Source of the DNA: Acutalibacteraceae bacterium
Lineage (GTDB): Bacteria; Bacillota; Clostridia; Oscillospirales; Acutalibacteraceae
Assembly (NCBI GenBank): GCA_045134215.1
Contig: JBGUVH010000085.1
Coordinates: 1 to 32,716, forward strand
DNA length: 32,716 bases
Direction: 5' to 3'
Program-made: the position numbers and the translations under genes
Shown here: piece by piece, positions 8,130-18,359 of the stretch
Numbering within the stretch: position 1 is the first letter of the stretch
Layout: every line of letters starts with the position of its first letter
Notes under the pieces: model-generated
The model's database searches: none
What the model saw: the letters and a program-made list of their open reading frames with translations, nothing else
What the model was told of the DNA's origin: nothing

Positions 8130-11100
8130 TTATACCACAATACACCTATCCAAAACAAGAGAATATATAATTTTTTCTTTGACAGGCAGTCCCATTATTT
8201 TTTCACAGGCAACAGCGTAAATATTTAATTGCTCTGCATAGGAGTCAACAAGTCTCTTTTCGTCCTTTACTCTGTCTGTTTTGAAGTCTACAATTACCAA
8301 ACCGCCGTCCTCTACAAACATACAGTCCACAGCACCCTGAACAACTATATTTTCGTCCCTTAAATGCTGTGGCAGATTTTCCTCTATAGAAGAAATAGGC
8401 ATAAAGGTCAAAAACTTCATTTCTCTGTGCAAATCCTTTGAAGCGCACATTCTTTTGAAAATATCACTGTTCACAAAAGTTTTTATATGCCCTGTATCTA
8501 CCTGAGCTTCATTCTCACTTATATATTCCCATTCCCGAAGTCTGTTTATTTCGCCCTCGAAATCCTCTTTAATAGCCGAAAAATCCATATACTGCATAAT
8601 CTTGTGAACTGCAGTTCCGCGCTCGGTGGGGGTAAGTCCCGTATTATTTAAAAATCCGGGCAAAGAGGTAAAGTCAAAGCTTTCTGCCTCCTCTTTTTTA
8701 ATCATAGAAGAAACAGCAGCCTTGGACTGAATATTTCTGAGAGCTTCAAAGGGATACTCATATTCTATTCGCCGACAAATTTCCTTTACGGTATCGCTGT
8801 TAACCTCTGAATTCTTTTCGCTTTTAGTCTCTGCTATCTCCTGTACCTTGCCTACGGTTATCAGCATATCCTTATTGCCGTCAGCTTCCATCTCATAATC
8901 CCCAAGCTTTCTGAGCATACTTCCGTCAGGGTGAAGAAGCATACAGGGGATTATCCAATCGGCATAGCAGTTTGCTGTACTGTAAATATCCTCGGTTATA
9001 ATGCCATCAGCAGCAGACAGCTTTACAGCAATTTTTGAAAGGGCTGACTCTGGATTTTTCTTTGCAGCAGTAATAACAAGTCTGTCTTCAGCGCGGGTAG
9101 CAGCAACATAAAACATACGAAGCTCTTCTTTAAGCTGTCTGTTTTTAGAAAATACCGAAAGAAGCTTTTTATCAACAGGAACAACTGCACCCTCATCCTC
9201 ATCATAATACTTAAAGGAAATACCATAATCGGTGTCAATGATAAGGGACTGCTTCTGGTCAATACTGTTAAAGGGAGAGCCTGTAAAAGCAAAAATACAT
9301 ACAGGATACTGAAGCCCTTTTGAATAATGCACCGTAACAAGCTGAACGCTGTCACCGCCTGAATTCATAACAGCACCCTTAAGCTTTCCGTCCCCAAGTC
9401 TTTCAAGATGTCTTTTAAAAGCAGAAATGCCGTGATTACCTGAAGCCTCAAAGGAAGCCGCCAGATCTGTAAGATAATTAAGATTAGCGACACGGGACTG
9501 GGCTTCACTCATAAGAGAAACCATACCCGTAAAATCGGTAACATCGTAAATATGTGTAATCAGCTTGGAAAGCGGCATTACTGCAGCATATTTTCTAAAA
9601 TCTCCTATACGCTCTATGAAATCAGCGCATTTTTTATTTCCGTTATTAGCAGAGGCAACAAGAGCCGCATAAAGATTACATTTTCTCTTGCTTATTCTTA
9701 TATCTGCCATATCATCAGGGGTAAAACGGAAAAAGGGTGACATAAGAACTGAAAGCAGTTCTATTTCCTGAGTGGGATTATCTATTACACTTAAAAGAGA
9801 TAGCATAATTTTAATTTCCCGCGCCTCAAGAAAGCCCTCTTTTGTATAGCTTACAGGTATATTTCTTTTAGTAAACTCACTTATAAGCGCTTTGGATACA
9901 GGCTTTAAATAACGTACCAATACAGCAAAATCAGAGAAACGGGCATTCCTTAGTTTACCTGTTTCCTTATCGCGTATTACCTCACCGGACGCCATAACCT
10001 TCAAAATGTAGTCTGCTATATAAGCCGCTTCTGCAGTCTTTTCATTTTCACCCTGTGTATCCACAAGATGAAACTGAGCGGCAGGAAGCTCAAGGTCAGG
10101 AAATTTTGCCTGTGCGCTTAGTCTTTCGGTAGCACTGTAGTCAATACCGCAGAACTGCTTGGTCATAATACGGTCAAAAATAAAATTAACGCAGTCACAT
10201 ACTCCGCTTTTACTTCTGAAGTTAGCGTCAAGTATTATAGACTTAATATCTCCGTCCTCTGCCTTGCGGAAGTCAACTGCTTTTTCCTGCTTACTTAAAA
10301 AGTTTTCAGGATTGGCGCCTCTAAAGCCATAAATACTTTGCTTTACATCCCCAACGACAAAAAGTTTTTTCCCCATATCTGCCAGATAATAGAAAAATTT
10401 ATCCTGAAGGTCATTGACATCCTGATACTCGTCAACAAAAATCTCATCGTACTGCTTTGTAAATTCCTCTGCGCCCTCTTTAAGCGAAATGTCACCTTTT
10501 TCATTATACTCGCAAAGTAGTTCAAAAGCTTTATGCTCAATATCGCTGAAGGAATAAACTCCCTTTTCCATAAGGATAGTCTGCAGCTCTTCATAGTATT
10601 CCTGTGCAAGAACAAACATAAGTGAGGAAAGCGGCGCTGTGGCTTCATAATGGCTTCTGACTGTCTGTTCAGTACCGTAAATTATGGACTTTGCCTTTTC
10701 AAGCTGAGCCTTTGCAAAATCTCTCAGCTCCTTAACACATACTGCGTTTTTATCAGCGCCTGAATTCTTAAGGCTCTTAAATTTTTCGAAAGCAAAGGAA
10801 CTAATCAGAGAATATACCGTATCCCATTCTCCCGTTTCAATCAAATCGAGGATTTTTTCGGTTTTTCCTCTGCCATTTTCCATAGACGGACCGTAGGCAG
10901 CCTTTAACTTTTCATCAGCACAAAGGTATTTATCTGCCGCAAGAATATATCTTTGGGCGCGGCTTGCATATTCAGCCGCCTGCTTTAAAGCCTGATTGCG
11001 CCACAGTGTAAAAGAGCCGTCAGAATATCTCTTTTGCATATCCTTCATCCAAACAGAAGGAAATGGCATATTCATACTTACTTCGCATATTTTTTTAACA

Positions 11101-11618
11101 GCCTGTGAAAGACTGCTTTCATCATACACCGAACCGAAGGCATCAAGAAGCTGTATAAACACTTCATCTTCACTAGCGAAATATCTTTCAAAAACCTCAT
11201 TGACTGCCTTTTCCTTTATACCCTCAAGCTCGTTTTCTTCAGCTATCTTAAAATCTATATCCACCCCTGCTTTATGGAAGTTTTCCCTTACCATAGAAAT
11301 ACAGTAGGAGTCGATAGTACATATAGACGCACTCTGAAGCAAAAGCTTCTGCTTGATTGCCGCTTTATCGTAAGGATGCTCTATACAATATTCATTAATA
11401 CCCTTTTCCAGACGCGCCCTCATTTCAGATGCTGCGGAATTAGTAAAGGTAACCACCAAAATTCTGTCAGCTCTTACAGGATTTTCGCTTCTGGTCAGTT
11501 GTTCAATTATACGCTGAACAAGTACGGCTGTTTTTCCCGAACCGGCGGCGGCAGAAACAAGTATACTTCCCTGCTCTTTAACAGCAGCCTCCTGCTGCTT
11601 TGTAAGCTTAAATCCCAT
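8130..11618 (-). CDS. addA: ATP-dependent helicase/nuclease AddAB, subunit A
   Basis: UvrD-like helicase with Walker A AAAGSGKT and a C-terminal RecB-type nuclease block (GAVDCMFVEDGGLVIVDFKTD). GGAGG upstream. The start overlaps the end of addB by 11 nt. Confidence 0.93.
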   Translation of the reverse strand: MGFKLTKQQEAAVKEQGSILVSAAAGSGKTAVLVQRIIEQLTRSENPVRADRILVVTFTNSAASEMRARLEKGINEYCIEHPYDKAAIKQKLLLQSASICTIDSYCISMVRENFHKAGVDIDFKIAEENELEGIKEKAVNEVFERYFASEDEVFIQLLDAFGSVYDESSLSQAVKKICEVSMNMPFPSVWMKDMQKRYSDGSFTLWRNQALKQAAEYASRAQRYILAADKYLCADEKLKAAYGPSMENGRGKTEKILDLIETGEWDTVYSLISSFAFEKFKSLKNSGADKNAVCVKELRDFAKAQLEKAKSIIYGTEQTVRSHYEATAPLSSLMFVLAQEYYEELQTILMEKGVYSFSDIEHKAFELLCEYNEKGDISLKEGAEEFTKQYDEIFVDEYQDVNDLQDKFFYYLADMGKKLFVVGDVKQSIYGFRGANPENFLSKQEKAVDFRKAEDGDIKSIILDANFRSKSGVCDCVNFIFDRIMTKQFCGIDYSATERLSAQAKFPDLELPAAQFHLVDTQGENEKTAEAAYIADYILKVMASGEVIRDKETGKLRNARFSDFAVLVRYLKPVSKALISEFTKRNIPVSYTKEGFLEAREIKIMLSLLSVIDNPTQEIELLSVLMSPFFRFTPDDMADIRISKRKCNLYAALVASANNGNKKCADFIERIGDFRKYAAVMPLSKLITHIYDVTDFTGMVSLMSEAQSRVANLNYLTDLAASFEASGNHGISAFKRHLERLGDGKLKGAVMNSGGDSVQLVTVHYSKGLQYPVCIFAFTGSPFNSIDQKQSLIIDTDYGISFKYYDEDEGAVVPVDKKLLSVFSKNRQLKEELRMFYVAATRAEDRLVITAAKKNPESALSKIAVKLSAADGIITEDIYSTANCYADWIIPCMLLHPDGSMLRKLGDYEMEADGNKDMLITVGKVQEIAETKSEKNSEVNSDTVKEICRRIEYEYPFEALRNIQSKAAVSSMIKKEEAESFDFTSLPGFLNNTGLTPTERGTAVHKIMQYMDFSAIKEDFEGEINRLREWEYISENEAQVDTGHIKTFVNSDIFKRMCASKDLHREMKFLTFMPISSIEENLPQHLRDENIVVQGAVDCMFVEDGGLVIVDFKTDRVKDEKRLVDSYAEQLNIYAVACEKIMGLPVKEKIIYSLVLDRCIVV

Positions 11619-14600
11619 TTTCTCCGCCTCCTCTCATAGTTTCGATAATTTCCGAATTCGAAAGCTTTACAACCGATTTATGCTCTTCATCCTCAATGCC
11701 GCAAACCGCACTGTAATAGCAGTACTGACAGGCAATACTGTTACAGGCATCCACAGGCTCTACCTCTATATCACCGCTGTGAAGAGTTTTACCCATCTTT
11801 TCGGCAAGCTCTTCTATATAATCAAAAATCACATCAAAGGCTTCCTCGGAAATATATGAAGCATTATTCTTATATGGTGTTCCGTCATTTTTCAGCTTGT
11901 ATTTAGGTATAAACACACCCTCGTTATCCTTTTCCATAGCCTCAATAACATCCTTATTTTCACAAAGAAGTCCGTTCATAGCCATACCCTTTTTATCAAG
12001 GTCTTTTTTGGAAATAAGATAAAGAATTCCCGCAGGATTTTGCCCTTTATACTGTGAGTTACCTCTTATAACACAGTAAAGATAAATAAGCATTTGCAAA
12101 TTCTGTCCGTAAAGGGTATCAGACAGCTCGAATTTTTTGCTTCCTGTTTTATAATCAACAATTCTTACAAAGCTTCCCCATCTGTCAAGCCTGTCAATGC
12201 TTCCGTAAAGAGAAAGCTTACCGCTTTCGGAAAACGGGAAGGTAACGGTGGGAATAGTGCCGTCATTACCAATAGATACCTCGCACCTTTCGGGACGGAA
12301 TTTACTCTGTGCAAATTCCTCCACTATACGCCCAATAACCTCAATAATTCCCTCTTTGATTTTTTTAAGAAGGAAATTAAATCTGGCTGTAAACAGGAAT
12401 TCACTGCCCTTAATGCTATCAAAATATTCTGCTATATACTTATCGGTTTCCTTCTCGATAGTTTCCCTGTCAACCGTTTCAATATCACTTAAATGGGCAT
12501 TGCAGAACTGTTCAAGTACAAAATGAACAATGGTACCTCTCTGCATTGTATCAAGCTTAGCAGGCTGTATCACATCGGTATCAAGCCCGTATCTGCAGAA
12601 ATATCTGAAACGGCAGGTATGATATGTATCAAACTTGGTTGCAGAAAGACTTATATTATTACCGAACAGCGCCTTAGCCTTATCCTCGCTAAGCTTCATA
12701 GCGTATCTTCTTGAAGCAGCCTCAATAGAGGAAAACTTTTCTTTTTCCTTAACATCTGTAAACAGAGACTCTGCAATTTCGGCAGCGCCCTCTATATTAT
12801 TCCCTATATAATGACACAAGGCTTTAAATGCCGAAGCCTTTGTTTCAGGGTAATTTTCCTCACAAAGTCGGCTTATAGGCTCATGCAAAAGCTTAACACC
12901 ACAAAGTTTATCCTTTAATATAGAAAAGAAGGCTGAAGGTTCTTTTGTTTTAGAGTCACCGCCCGTTTCGACACAGCTTATAAAAAGCTTTTCAGAGGCA
13001 CAGCAAACACAGGAATAAACAAGCAGATTTTCCTCTACAGTCTGGAACACTGTTTTATCCCTTATCTGAAGCCCCGCTGCCCTGAGTATCCGTCTGTCAC
13101 TGTTACTGATTACACTGTTATTTTCACTTATTGCAGGAAAAACGCCGTAATTCGCACCTAGAATAAAAGCAACCTTAGGATATGAGGGACGAATTCTGTC
13201 CGCCGCACCGAAGGTAACCTCATCAAGCATCTGTGGAATTCTTCCAACGGTTGTAAGCTGACAGGCGGTAGCAAACATTTCTCTGTACTGCTGACAGGAC
13301 ATATTATCCTCGCCAAAGCTTCTTACAAGTCCGTCAAACACCTGCATAGTTAAGTCCCAGCTCTGACGAAGCACATCAATATCCTCGGGTGAAAATATTT
13401 CCTTTGATGAGTCTATCATAGTCTTCATATTCTGAGCACAATTAATGTCCTTAATAAGACATACGGTAGCATAGGACATATCGCGGACATTACCTTTAAA
13501 GCCTCTGCTGAATTTTTGTATAGCATTAACTGCTTTTTCTCTCAGTGAGTTTAGCCTATGAAGAGAAAGTTCTATCTCTTCCCCTTTCTTTTCATCTGTT
13601 TTTGAAAAGCCTGTAGGGTCCATATCCCACTCTTTAAGCCAGTTTTCCTTATCTATATCCCAAAGATAAACATAGTTTTCAAGCTCACTTATTTCCTCCT
13701 CTGTAAAATCAAGCACCAAGCCGGTTTTAAGGAAACGGAATATTGATTCGGTAGAAAATCGTACAGCGCAGTCCATAGCTGCGTCAATAAGCGCATAAAG
13801 AGGAGATATGGTAAGCTCGGTGCGCTTATCAAAAAAACAGCATATACCGTTAGCTGTAAACTCACGCTCTACTGCATTTTCATAGGTTTCTATATTTCTG
13901 GCAATAACTACAAAATCTTTATAGCGGTAACCTTCTTCACGCACAAGCCGTCTGATGCTTCTAGCGGCAAAATTCACCTCATCATCAACGGTTTTGGCAA
14001 TACAAAGAGTAACACCCTGACAGTCATAAGCCTTCTGACTGTCAGCGCCGCAGGACAGTATTTCCTCTACATTTTTTATGCCGTCACTTTTAAAATGGGT
14101 TGTCCCGCAGTTTTCCTCATTTACCGTCATTTTATATTTCTCAGCTAAGGAAATTATTTTCTGTGAGGTAGCCTTTGTATTTTCAAAAATTCCCTGTTTA
14201 TCCTCTTTGTCGTACAGCAAAGCCACACAGACAGAATTTGCCTGTGCGCAAATTAGATCAATAATTTTATACTGCTGACCTGTAAATCCGTTAAAGCCGT
14301 CAATAAATACCTCTTTATCTAAAAAGTATTTATTCTTCTGCAAATCGTAAAACAGCTTCTGTAGCCTGTCCGCAGGGTCTATAAATCTTTCGCCCACCAA
14401 AGCGTCATAGGTACGATAAACAAGTGCCAATGCATTTATTTTTTCCTTTAGTGAGCCGTCTATAAGCTCTGCCGTTTTCTCAAGCTCCTCTGGAAATACA
14501 GCGCTTACCTTGAATTCACCTATAATGTCTACTATTTTGGAAGCAAAGCCAACAGAGGAAATATATTTACGCCATATAGGAAGGCTGTCCTGCAGGGATT

Positions 14601-14889
14601 TAAGAGTTTTGCTCATAAACATAATTTTATCGGCATCACTGAGAACATTACGGGCAGAGCCACCGCAAAGCGAGGTCATAATATCCGCAAGACTCGAAAA
14701 GCTTACCACATTAACCCTACCTGCTATTTTATCTCCAAGCATAGAAAGAACAGCCCTTTCGCTTTCAAAAGAAAACTGTTCGGGCACAATATACACCACA
14801 GATTTTCCGTTCTCTGCCGTGTTTCTTATTTTTTCAAGCACTAATGTTGTTTTTCCCGTTGCAGCGCGACCGTAAACAATGTTTAACAT
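11608..14889 (-). CDS. addB: ATP-dependent helicase/nuclease AddAB, subunit B
   Basis: N-terminal GRAATGKT, a C-terminal nuclease block (SIDRLDRW...IVDYKTG), and Fe-S cysteines (TCRFRYFC..., CNSIACQYCYYSAVC). The ATG at 14889 (MLNIVYG...) has GGAGG 5 nt upstream; the track start at 14901 has no SD. Confidence 0.92.
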   Translation of the reverse strand: MLNIVYGRAATGKTTLVLEKIRNTAENGKSVVYIVPEQFSFESERAVLSMLGDKIAGRVNVVSFSSLADIMTSLCGGSARNVLSDADKIMFMSKTLKSLQDSLPIWRKYISSVGFASKIVDIIGEFKVSAVFPEELEKTAELIDGSLKEKINALALVYRTYDALVGERFIDPADRLQKLFYDLQKNKYFLDKEVFIDGFNGFTGQQYKIIDLICAQANSVCVALLYDKEDKQGIFENTKATSQKIISLAEKYKMTVNEENCGTTHFKSDGIKNVEEILSCGADSQKAYDCQGVTLCIAKTVDDEVNFAARSIRRLVREEGYRYKDFVVIARNIETYENAVEREFTANGICCFFDKRTELTISPLYALIDAAMDCAVRFSTESIFRFLKTGLVLDFTEEEISELENYVYLWDIDKENWLKEWDMDPTGFSKTDEKKGEEIELSLHRLNSLREKAVNAIQKFSRGFKGNVRDMSYATVCLIKDINCAQNMKTMIDSSKEIFSPEDIDVLRQSWDLTMQVFDGLVRSFGEDNMSCQQYREMFATACQLTTVGRIPQMLDEVTFGAADRIRPSYPKVAFILGANYGVFPAISENNSVISNSDRRILRAAGLQIRDKTVFQTVEENLLVYSCVCCASEKLFISCVETGGDSKTKEPSAFFSILKDKLCGVKLLHEPISRLCEENYPETKASAFKALCHYIGNNIEGAAEIAESLFTDVKEKEKFSSIEAASRRYAMKLSEDKAKALFGNNISLSATKFDTYHTCRFRYFCRYGLDTDVIQPAKLDTMQRGTIVHFVLEQFCNAHLSDIETVDRETIEKETDKYIAEYFDSIKGSEFLFTARFNFLLKKIKEGIIEVIGRIVEEFAQSKFRPERCEVSIGNDGTIPTVTFPFSESGKLSLYGSIDRLDRWGSFVRIVDYKTGSKKFELSDTLYGQNLQMLIYLYCVIRGNSQYKGQNPAGILYLISKKDLDKKGMAMNGLLCENKDVIEAMEKDNEGVFIPKYKLKNDGTPYKNNASYISEEAFDVIFDYIEELAEKMGKTLHSGDIEVEPVDACNSIACQYCYYSAVCGIEDEEHKSVVKLSNSEIIETMRGGGENGI

Positions 14890-14956
14890 AGGCTCCTCCA
14901 TTTTTTATATTTCACAAACATTATACCATATTATAGTGCTTTTCTCACCTGTTTTT

Positions 14957-15223
14957 TTAAATAAATATAATATATTTCATTATTTCCAGCAAAATCACTC
15001 CCGGTACACCCAGAATACCCGACACTGTTACCGTTCCCACATTAAGCGGAAGATGAAGTCCTGTATAAAATGCAGTCAGCTCTATTACCGCAATACACCA
15101 CCAGGCAGTAAGAGCATTTAAAAGCATAGTTTTAAAGGGCTTTTGTGTTAAAATAAGAAGTATAATATAACAAAGCAGATAAACTCCCACAGCCGTCCAT
15201 AACAAAACAGATAATATTTTCAT
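14957..15223 (-). CDS. bofA: BofA-family small membrane protein (pro-sigma-K processing inhibitor-like)
   Basis: 88 aa with two TM segments. The C-terminal GLHLPLNVGTVTVSGILGVPGVILLEIMK matches the conserved BofA tail pattern. GGGGGA SD upstream. Confidence 0.6.
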   Translation of the reverse strand: MKILSVLLWTAVGVYLLCYIILLILTQKPFKTMLLNALTAWWCIAVIELTAFYTGLHLPLNVGTVTVSGILGVPGVILLEIMKYIIFI

Positions 15224-15241
15224 ACTAATCCCCCTTAGAAA

Positions 15242-15270
15242 TCATTATGAAAAACAGCGTACAAATATGA
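15242..15270 (-). promoter_or_regulatory. Possible sigma-E-type sporulation promoter for bofA
   Basis: The minus strand reads TCATATT-14 nt-CATAATGA, against the B. subtilis sigma-E consensus of roughly kmATATT-14-CATACAnT. The -10 match is only partial. Confidence 0.25.
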
Positions 15271-15296
15271 AAAAAGCACGGTTTTTACACCGTGCT
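15270..15296 (-). terminator. Intrinsic terminator after secG
   Basis: 8-bp stem agcacggt / accgtgct with a 6-nt loop, followed on the minus strand by UUUUUU. Confidence 0.75.
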
Positions 15297-15317
15297 TCAT
15301 ATTTTCATTTCGCTTAT

Positions 15318-15569
15318 TTACGCAATAATAGTAGCTACAACGGTAGCAGCAATAGCAAGTACAAAGAAAACGATTGCACCAATCATTGTGTAGCGCTTCA
15401 GTGCGGCATCTGCTGTTCTTGCCTTATTCTTGGAAAGGAAGGTTTCTGCTGCGCCTGAAATGGCACCAGAAATACCTGCTCTGTGACCCTGCTGAAAAAG
15501 GATAAGAGCGATCAAAACCAAGGAAAGTAAGCCAAGTAATATACCGATAATAATCTGTAAAACTTCCAT
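15318..15569 (-). CDS. secG: Preprotein translocase subunit SecG
   Basis: 83 aa from the ATG at 15569 (MEVLQIIIGILL...), with GGAGG upstream. Two TM helices and a glycine-rich loop (GHRAGISGAISGAAETF). Confidence 0.87.
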   Translation of the reverse strand: MEVLQIIIGILLGLLSLVLIALILFQQGHRAGISGAISGAAETFLSKNKARTADAALKRYTMIGAIVFFVLAIAATVVATIIA

Positions 15570-15636
15570 TTTTAGTCCTCCTAATCTACAATATAGCAAT
15601 AATATCACAACTTATAAAAAAAATCAAGTGTTTTTC

Positions 15637-16032
15637 TTAACTATTGTTTGCACCCTGATTACTGCCACAGCTGCTACAGCTTTTATAAAGCTTTGAAGCA
15701 TCAAGCTTTTTCTCTTCCCTGTCAGCTATAAAATCAAGCTTCTCAAAAATAGCCTCAGGCGAATTTTCACTATAGCGAACAGCAATCACATTTGCGCAAA
15801 CAGCATTATGAATTGCGCTTCTCAGTATTCCATCGGCAAGAAAAAGGTCATCTTTAGGCTCAAGCTCAAGTATTGTCATTTCCTTTTCATCAAGAAAATA
15901 AAGACAGTAGCCAAGAATTTCACTCTCACATCTTGCTATAACACAGCCCGAATTCTCATTAAAATCAAGAGAATACTTTTTAAAAAGTGACTCAATTTCC
16001 CCTTTATCCTTAGAGGGCAGAACGCTAATCAT
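15637..16032 (-). CDS. Hypothetical small protein, possibly a GNAT-fold remnant with a Cys/Ser-rich tail
   Basis: The ATG at 16032 lies 9 nt after AAGGAGG, which sits inside the end of rluB; the track GTG start at 16041 abuts the SD. No Q/RxxGxG/A acetyl-CoA loop is visible. C-terminal KSCSSCGSNQGANNS. Confidence 0.55.
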   Translation of the reverse strand: MISVLPSKDKGEIESLFKKYSLDFNENSGCVIARCESEILGYCLYFLDEKEMTILELEPKDDLFLADGILRSAIHNAVCANVIAVRYSENSPEAIFEKLDFIADREEKKLDASKLYKSCSSCGSNQGANNS

Positions 16033-16774
16033 TACCTGCACCCTCCTTGCCTTCGGAAATGGAGGTAAGCCTCTTCATTTCCCGCTCATTAAGGTCACGC
16101 CATTTACCTTGGGGCAGCATACCCATTTTAACACCTGCAATTTCGGTACGCTTAAGACGAATTACCGTAAGTCCAACTGCCTCACACATTTTTCTTATCT
16201 GACGGTTTCTGCCTTCGTGTATAACAAAGATAAGTACGGTCCTGTCGCTCTTTCTTTCAGCAACAAAGCACTCGCAAGGAAGAGTTTTTCTGCCATCAAT
16301 TTCAACACCGTCACAAAGCTTTATTATCTGTTCATCATCAACCTCGCCCTTTACCGTCGTTCTATAGGTTTTATTCACATGCTTTGAGGGGTGGGTGAGA
16401 TTATTAGCAAACTCTCCGTCGTTAGTAAGGAAAAGCAGTCCCTCTGAATCCTTATCAAGTCTTCCTACAGGAAACACCCTTACTCCCACATCTTTCACAA
16501 GGTCAGTTACACACTTTCTGCCAAGCTCGTCCGATACGGTGGTTACAAAGCCTCTGGGCTTGTGAAGCATTATATAAACCTTTTTATTAACAGGAATTAC
16601 ATTCTTTCCCGAAACGGTCACCTTATCTCTTACAGGGTCTACCTTGTCCCCAAGTGACGCTATGTGTCCGTTCACACGAACCTTTTTATTTTCGATTAAT
16701 TCCTCCGCTTTTCTTCTGGAAGCAACACCACACTCTGATAGGTGCTTCTGAAGACGGATTTTATTATCTTTCAT
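16025..16774 (-). CDS. rluB: RsuA/RluB-family 23S rRNA pseudouridine synthase with N-terminal S4 domain
   Basis: S4-like N-terminus (RLQKHLSECGVASRRKAEELI) and catalytic block GRLDKDSEGLLFLTNDG. AAGGAG upstream. Confidence 0.88.
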   Translation of the reverse strand: MKDNKIRLQKHLSECGVASRRKAEELIENKKVRVNGHIASLGDKVDPVRDKVTVSGKNVIPVNKKVYIMLHKPRGFVTTVSDELGRKCVTDLVKDVGVRVFPVGRLDKDSEGLLFLTNDGEFANNLTHPSKHVNKTYRTTVKGEVDDEQIIKLCDGVEIDGRKTLPCECFVAERKSDRTVLIFVIHEGRNRQIRKMCEAVGLTVIRLKRTEIAGVKMGMLPQGKWRDLNEREMKRLTSISEGKEGAGND

Positions 16775-16784
16775 AATTTCTCCT

Positions 16785-17891
16785 TTATATGTAACAAAGC
16801 ATTTTCACAAACGCGGTGAAAATTTTTAGAAGTGAATCTGTTTGCTTTACTTCATTTACATCCTCTTGGGCATAAAGCCTCTGAACAGCAACGGTAAATC
16901 CACCGTTTGTATATTCTATATAACCTACCTCATCCCCCCTTTTTACAGGAGCGTACAGGTAAGGATAAATATATTCCTTTTTTATAACAGCTTCGCCGCT
17001 TACCGTACGAAACTGAACACCTTCGCTTTTAGCTGTAACGAAATCGCTTTCCCCCGAAAAAACAGGTATACTATAGCCGCTTTCTTCAAATGAAATAAGT
17101 TCTTCGTCCATAAGTGAAAAGCCGTATTCCAGCATATTTATATGGTCGTTCCAATCATTACCGTCGTTAAGAGTTACGGCAATAACCAGTCCGCCGTTTT
17201 TTTCTGCCGCCGAAACAAGACATCTTCCCGATTTCTTTGTGAACCCTGTTTTTACACCCACAGCGCCTTCATACATATTAAGAAGCTTGTTGTGATTATT
17301 AAGGGTTATTTTTTCACCAAAGCAGTCAAGGGTTATCCTCTTTGTTTTACAGGCATTATAAAAATCACTGTTTGAAAGAGCGAATCTTGCAAGACAGGCT
17401 AAATCATAGCTTGTGGTGTAATGAGTATCTCCGTCAAGTCCCGAGGGAGTGTCAAAATGAGTGTTCTCAAGTCCAAGCCTTATAGCTCTCTCATTCATCA
17501 TTGAAACAAAGCTTTTTACACTTCCGCCCACAGCAATAGCCGCGGCGGTTGCCGCATCGTTACCTGAAGACAGCATCATTCCGTAAAGCAGATCTCGACC
17601 TGTCACCCTCATTCCAACCCGAAGCCCCATTGACGAGCCTTCGATGTATACCATTTCGGGAGTGATGGTTATTACATCAGCCAATTTTCCGCTTTCACAA
17701 AGCAGTAAGGCTGTCATTATCTTGGTAGTACTTGCCATTGAAAGCCTTGCGTTTTGATTTTTAGAAAAAAACACCTTTCCGCTAACCCCGTCTATAAGAG
17801 TCGCCGCAGAAGCGGATACCGATACTGCCGAAACGGGAAGCGAATAAAGAAGCATAAAAACGCAAAGCACAACACAGAAAATTCGTTTCAT
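16785..17891 (-). CDS. dacB: Serine-type D-alanyl-D-alanine carboxypeptidase (S11, PBP5*-like)
   Basis: Signal peptide plus the SxxK (ASTTK), SGN (SSGNDAA) and KTG (KTGFT) motifs. Its position after scpA-scpB-ytfJ resembles the B. subtilis scpA-scpB-ypuI-dacB order. Confidence 0.88.
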   Translation of the reverse strand: MKRIFCVVLCVFMLLYSLPVSAVSVSASAATLIDGVSGKVFFSKNQNARLSMASTTKIMTALLLCESGKLADVITITPEMVYIEGSSMGLRVGMRVTGRDLLYGMMLSSGNDAATAAAIAVGGSVKSFVSMMNERAIRLGLENTHFDTPSGLDGDTHYTTSYDLACLARFALSNSDFYNACKTKRITLDCFGEKITLNNHNKLLNMYEGAVGVKTGFTKKSGRCLVSAAEKNGGLVIAVTLNDGNDWNDHINMLEYGFSLMDEELISFEESGYSIPVFSGESDFVTAKSEGVQFRTVSGEAVIKKEYIYPYLYAPVKRGDEVGYIEYTNGGFTVAVQRLYAQEDVNEVKQTDSLLKIFTAFVKMLCYI

Positions 17892-17945
17892 TAACTCCCC
17901 TCCCTTTTAACATATTTATTAAAGGGAGAAGAATTCTATTACAAA

Positions 17946-18311
17946 TTACTCTTTAGCGGTAAATACATCCTTTACCTTATCAATAATTTCAGGGGCAGCT
18001 GCAATAGCTCTGTCAACAGCGGTAGACTCACTGGATACAGGTATCATTCTGATGCTATCGCCCTTGACACTCAAAAAGCCTACAGGGGAAACAGTAACCC
18101 CCGCGCCGCTGGCACCGCCGAAAACCTCCTGCTGTGTTTTTGTGGGGAAATCGCTTCCGCCTGTTGCCAGACCGAAAGCAACCTTTGATACAGGAATTAA
18201 GGTCAGCTCACCAAGAACAATTGGTGTACCGATAACAACATCTGCATCCACCATTGTGCGAAGCTTTTCCATAGATGTATCCATTATTCCTCTTAATTTC
18301 TGTTCACTCAT
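17946..18311 (-). CDS. ytfJ: Sporulation protein YtfJ (GerW family)
   Basis: 121 aa. The LIPVSKVAFGLATGGSDF...GGASGAGVTVSPVGFLSV pattern is typical of YtfJ/GerW. Confidence 0.85.
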   Translation of the reverse strand: MSEQKLRGIMDTSMEKLRTMVDADVVIGTPIVLGELTLIPVSKVAFGLATGGSDFPTKTQQEVFGGASGAGVTVSPVGFLSVKGDSIRMIPVSSESTAVDRAIAAAPEIIDKVKDVFTAKE

Positions 18312-18359
18312 ATTTCACACACCTTAAACTTATATTAGTTTTTACATTATTTTCCTGAT

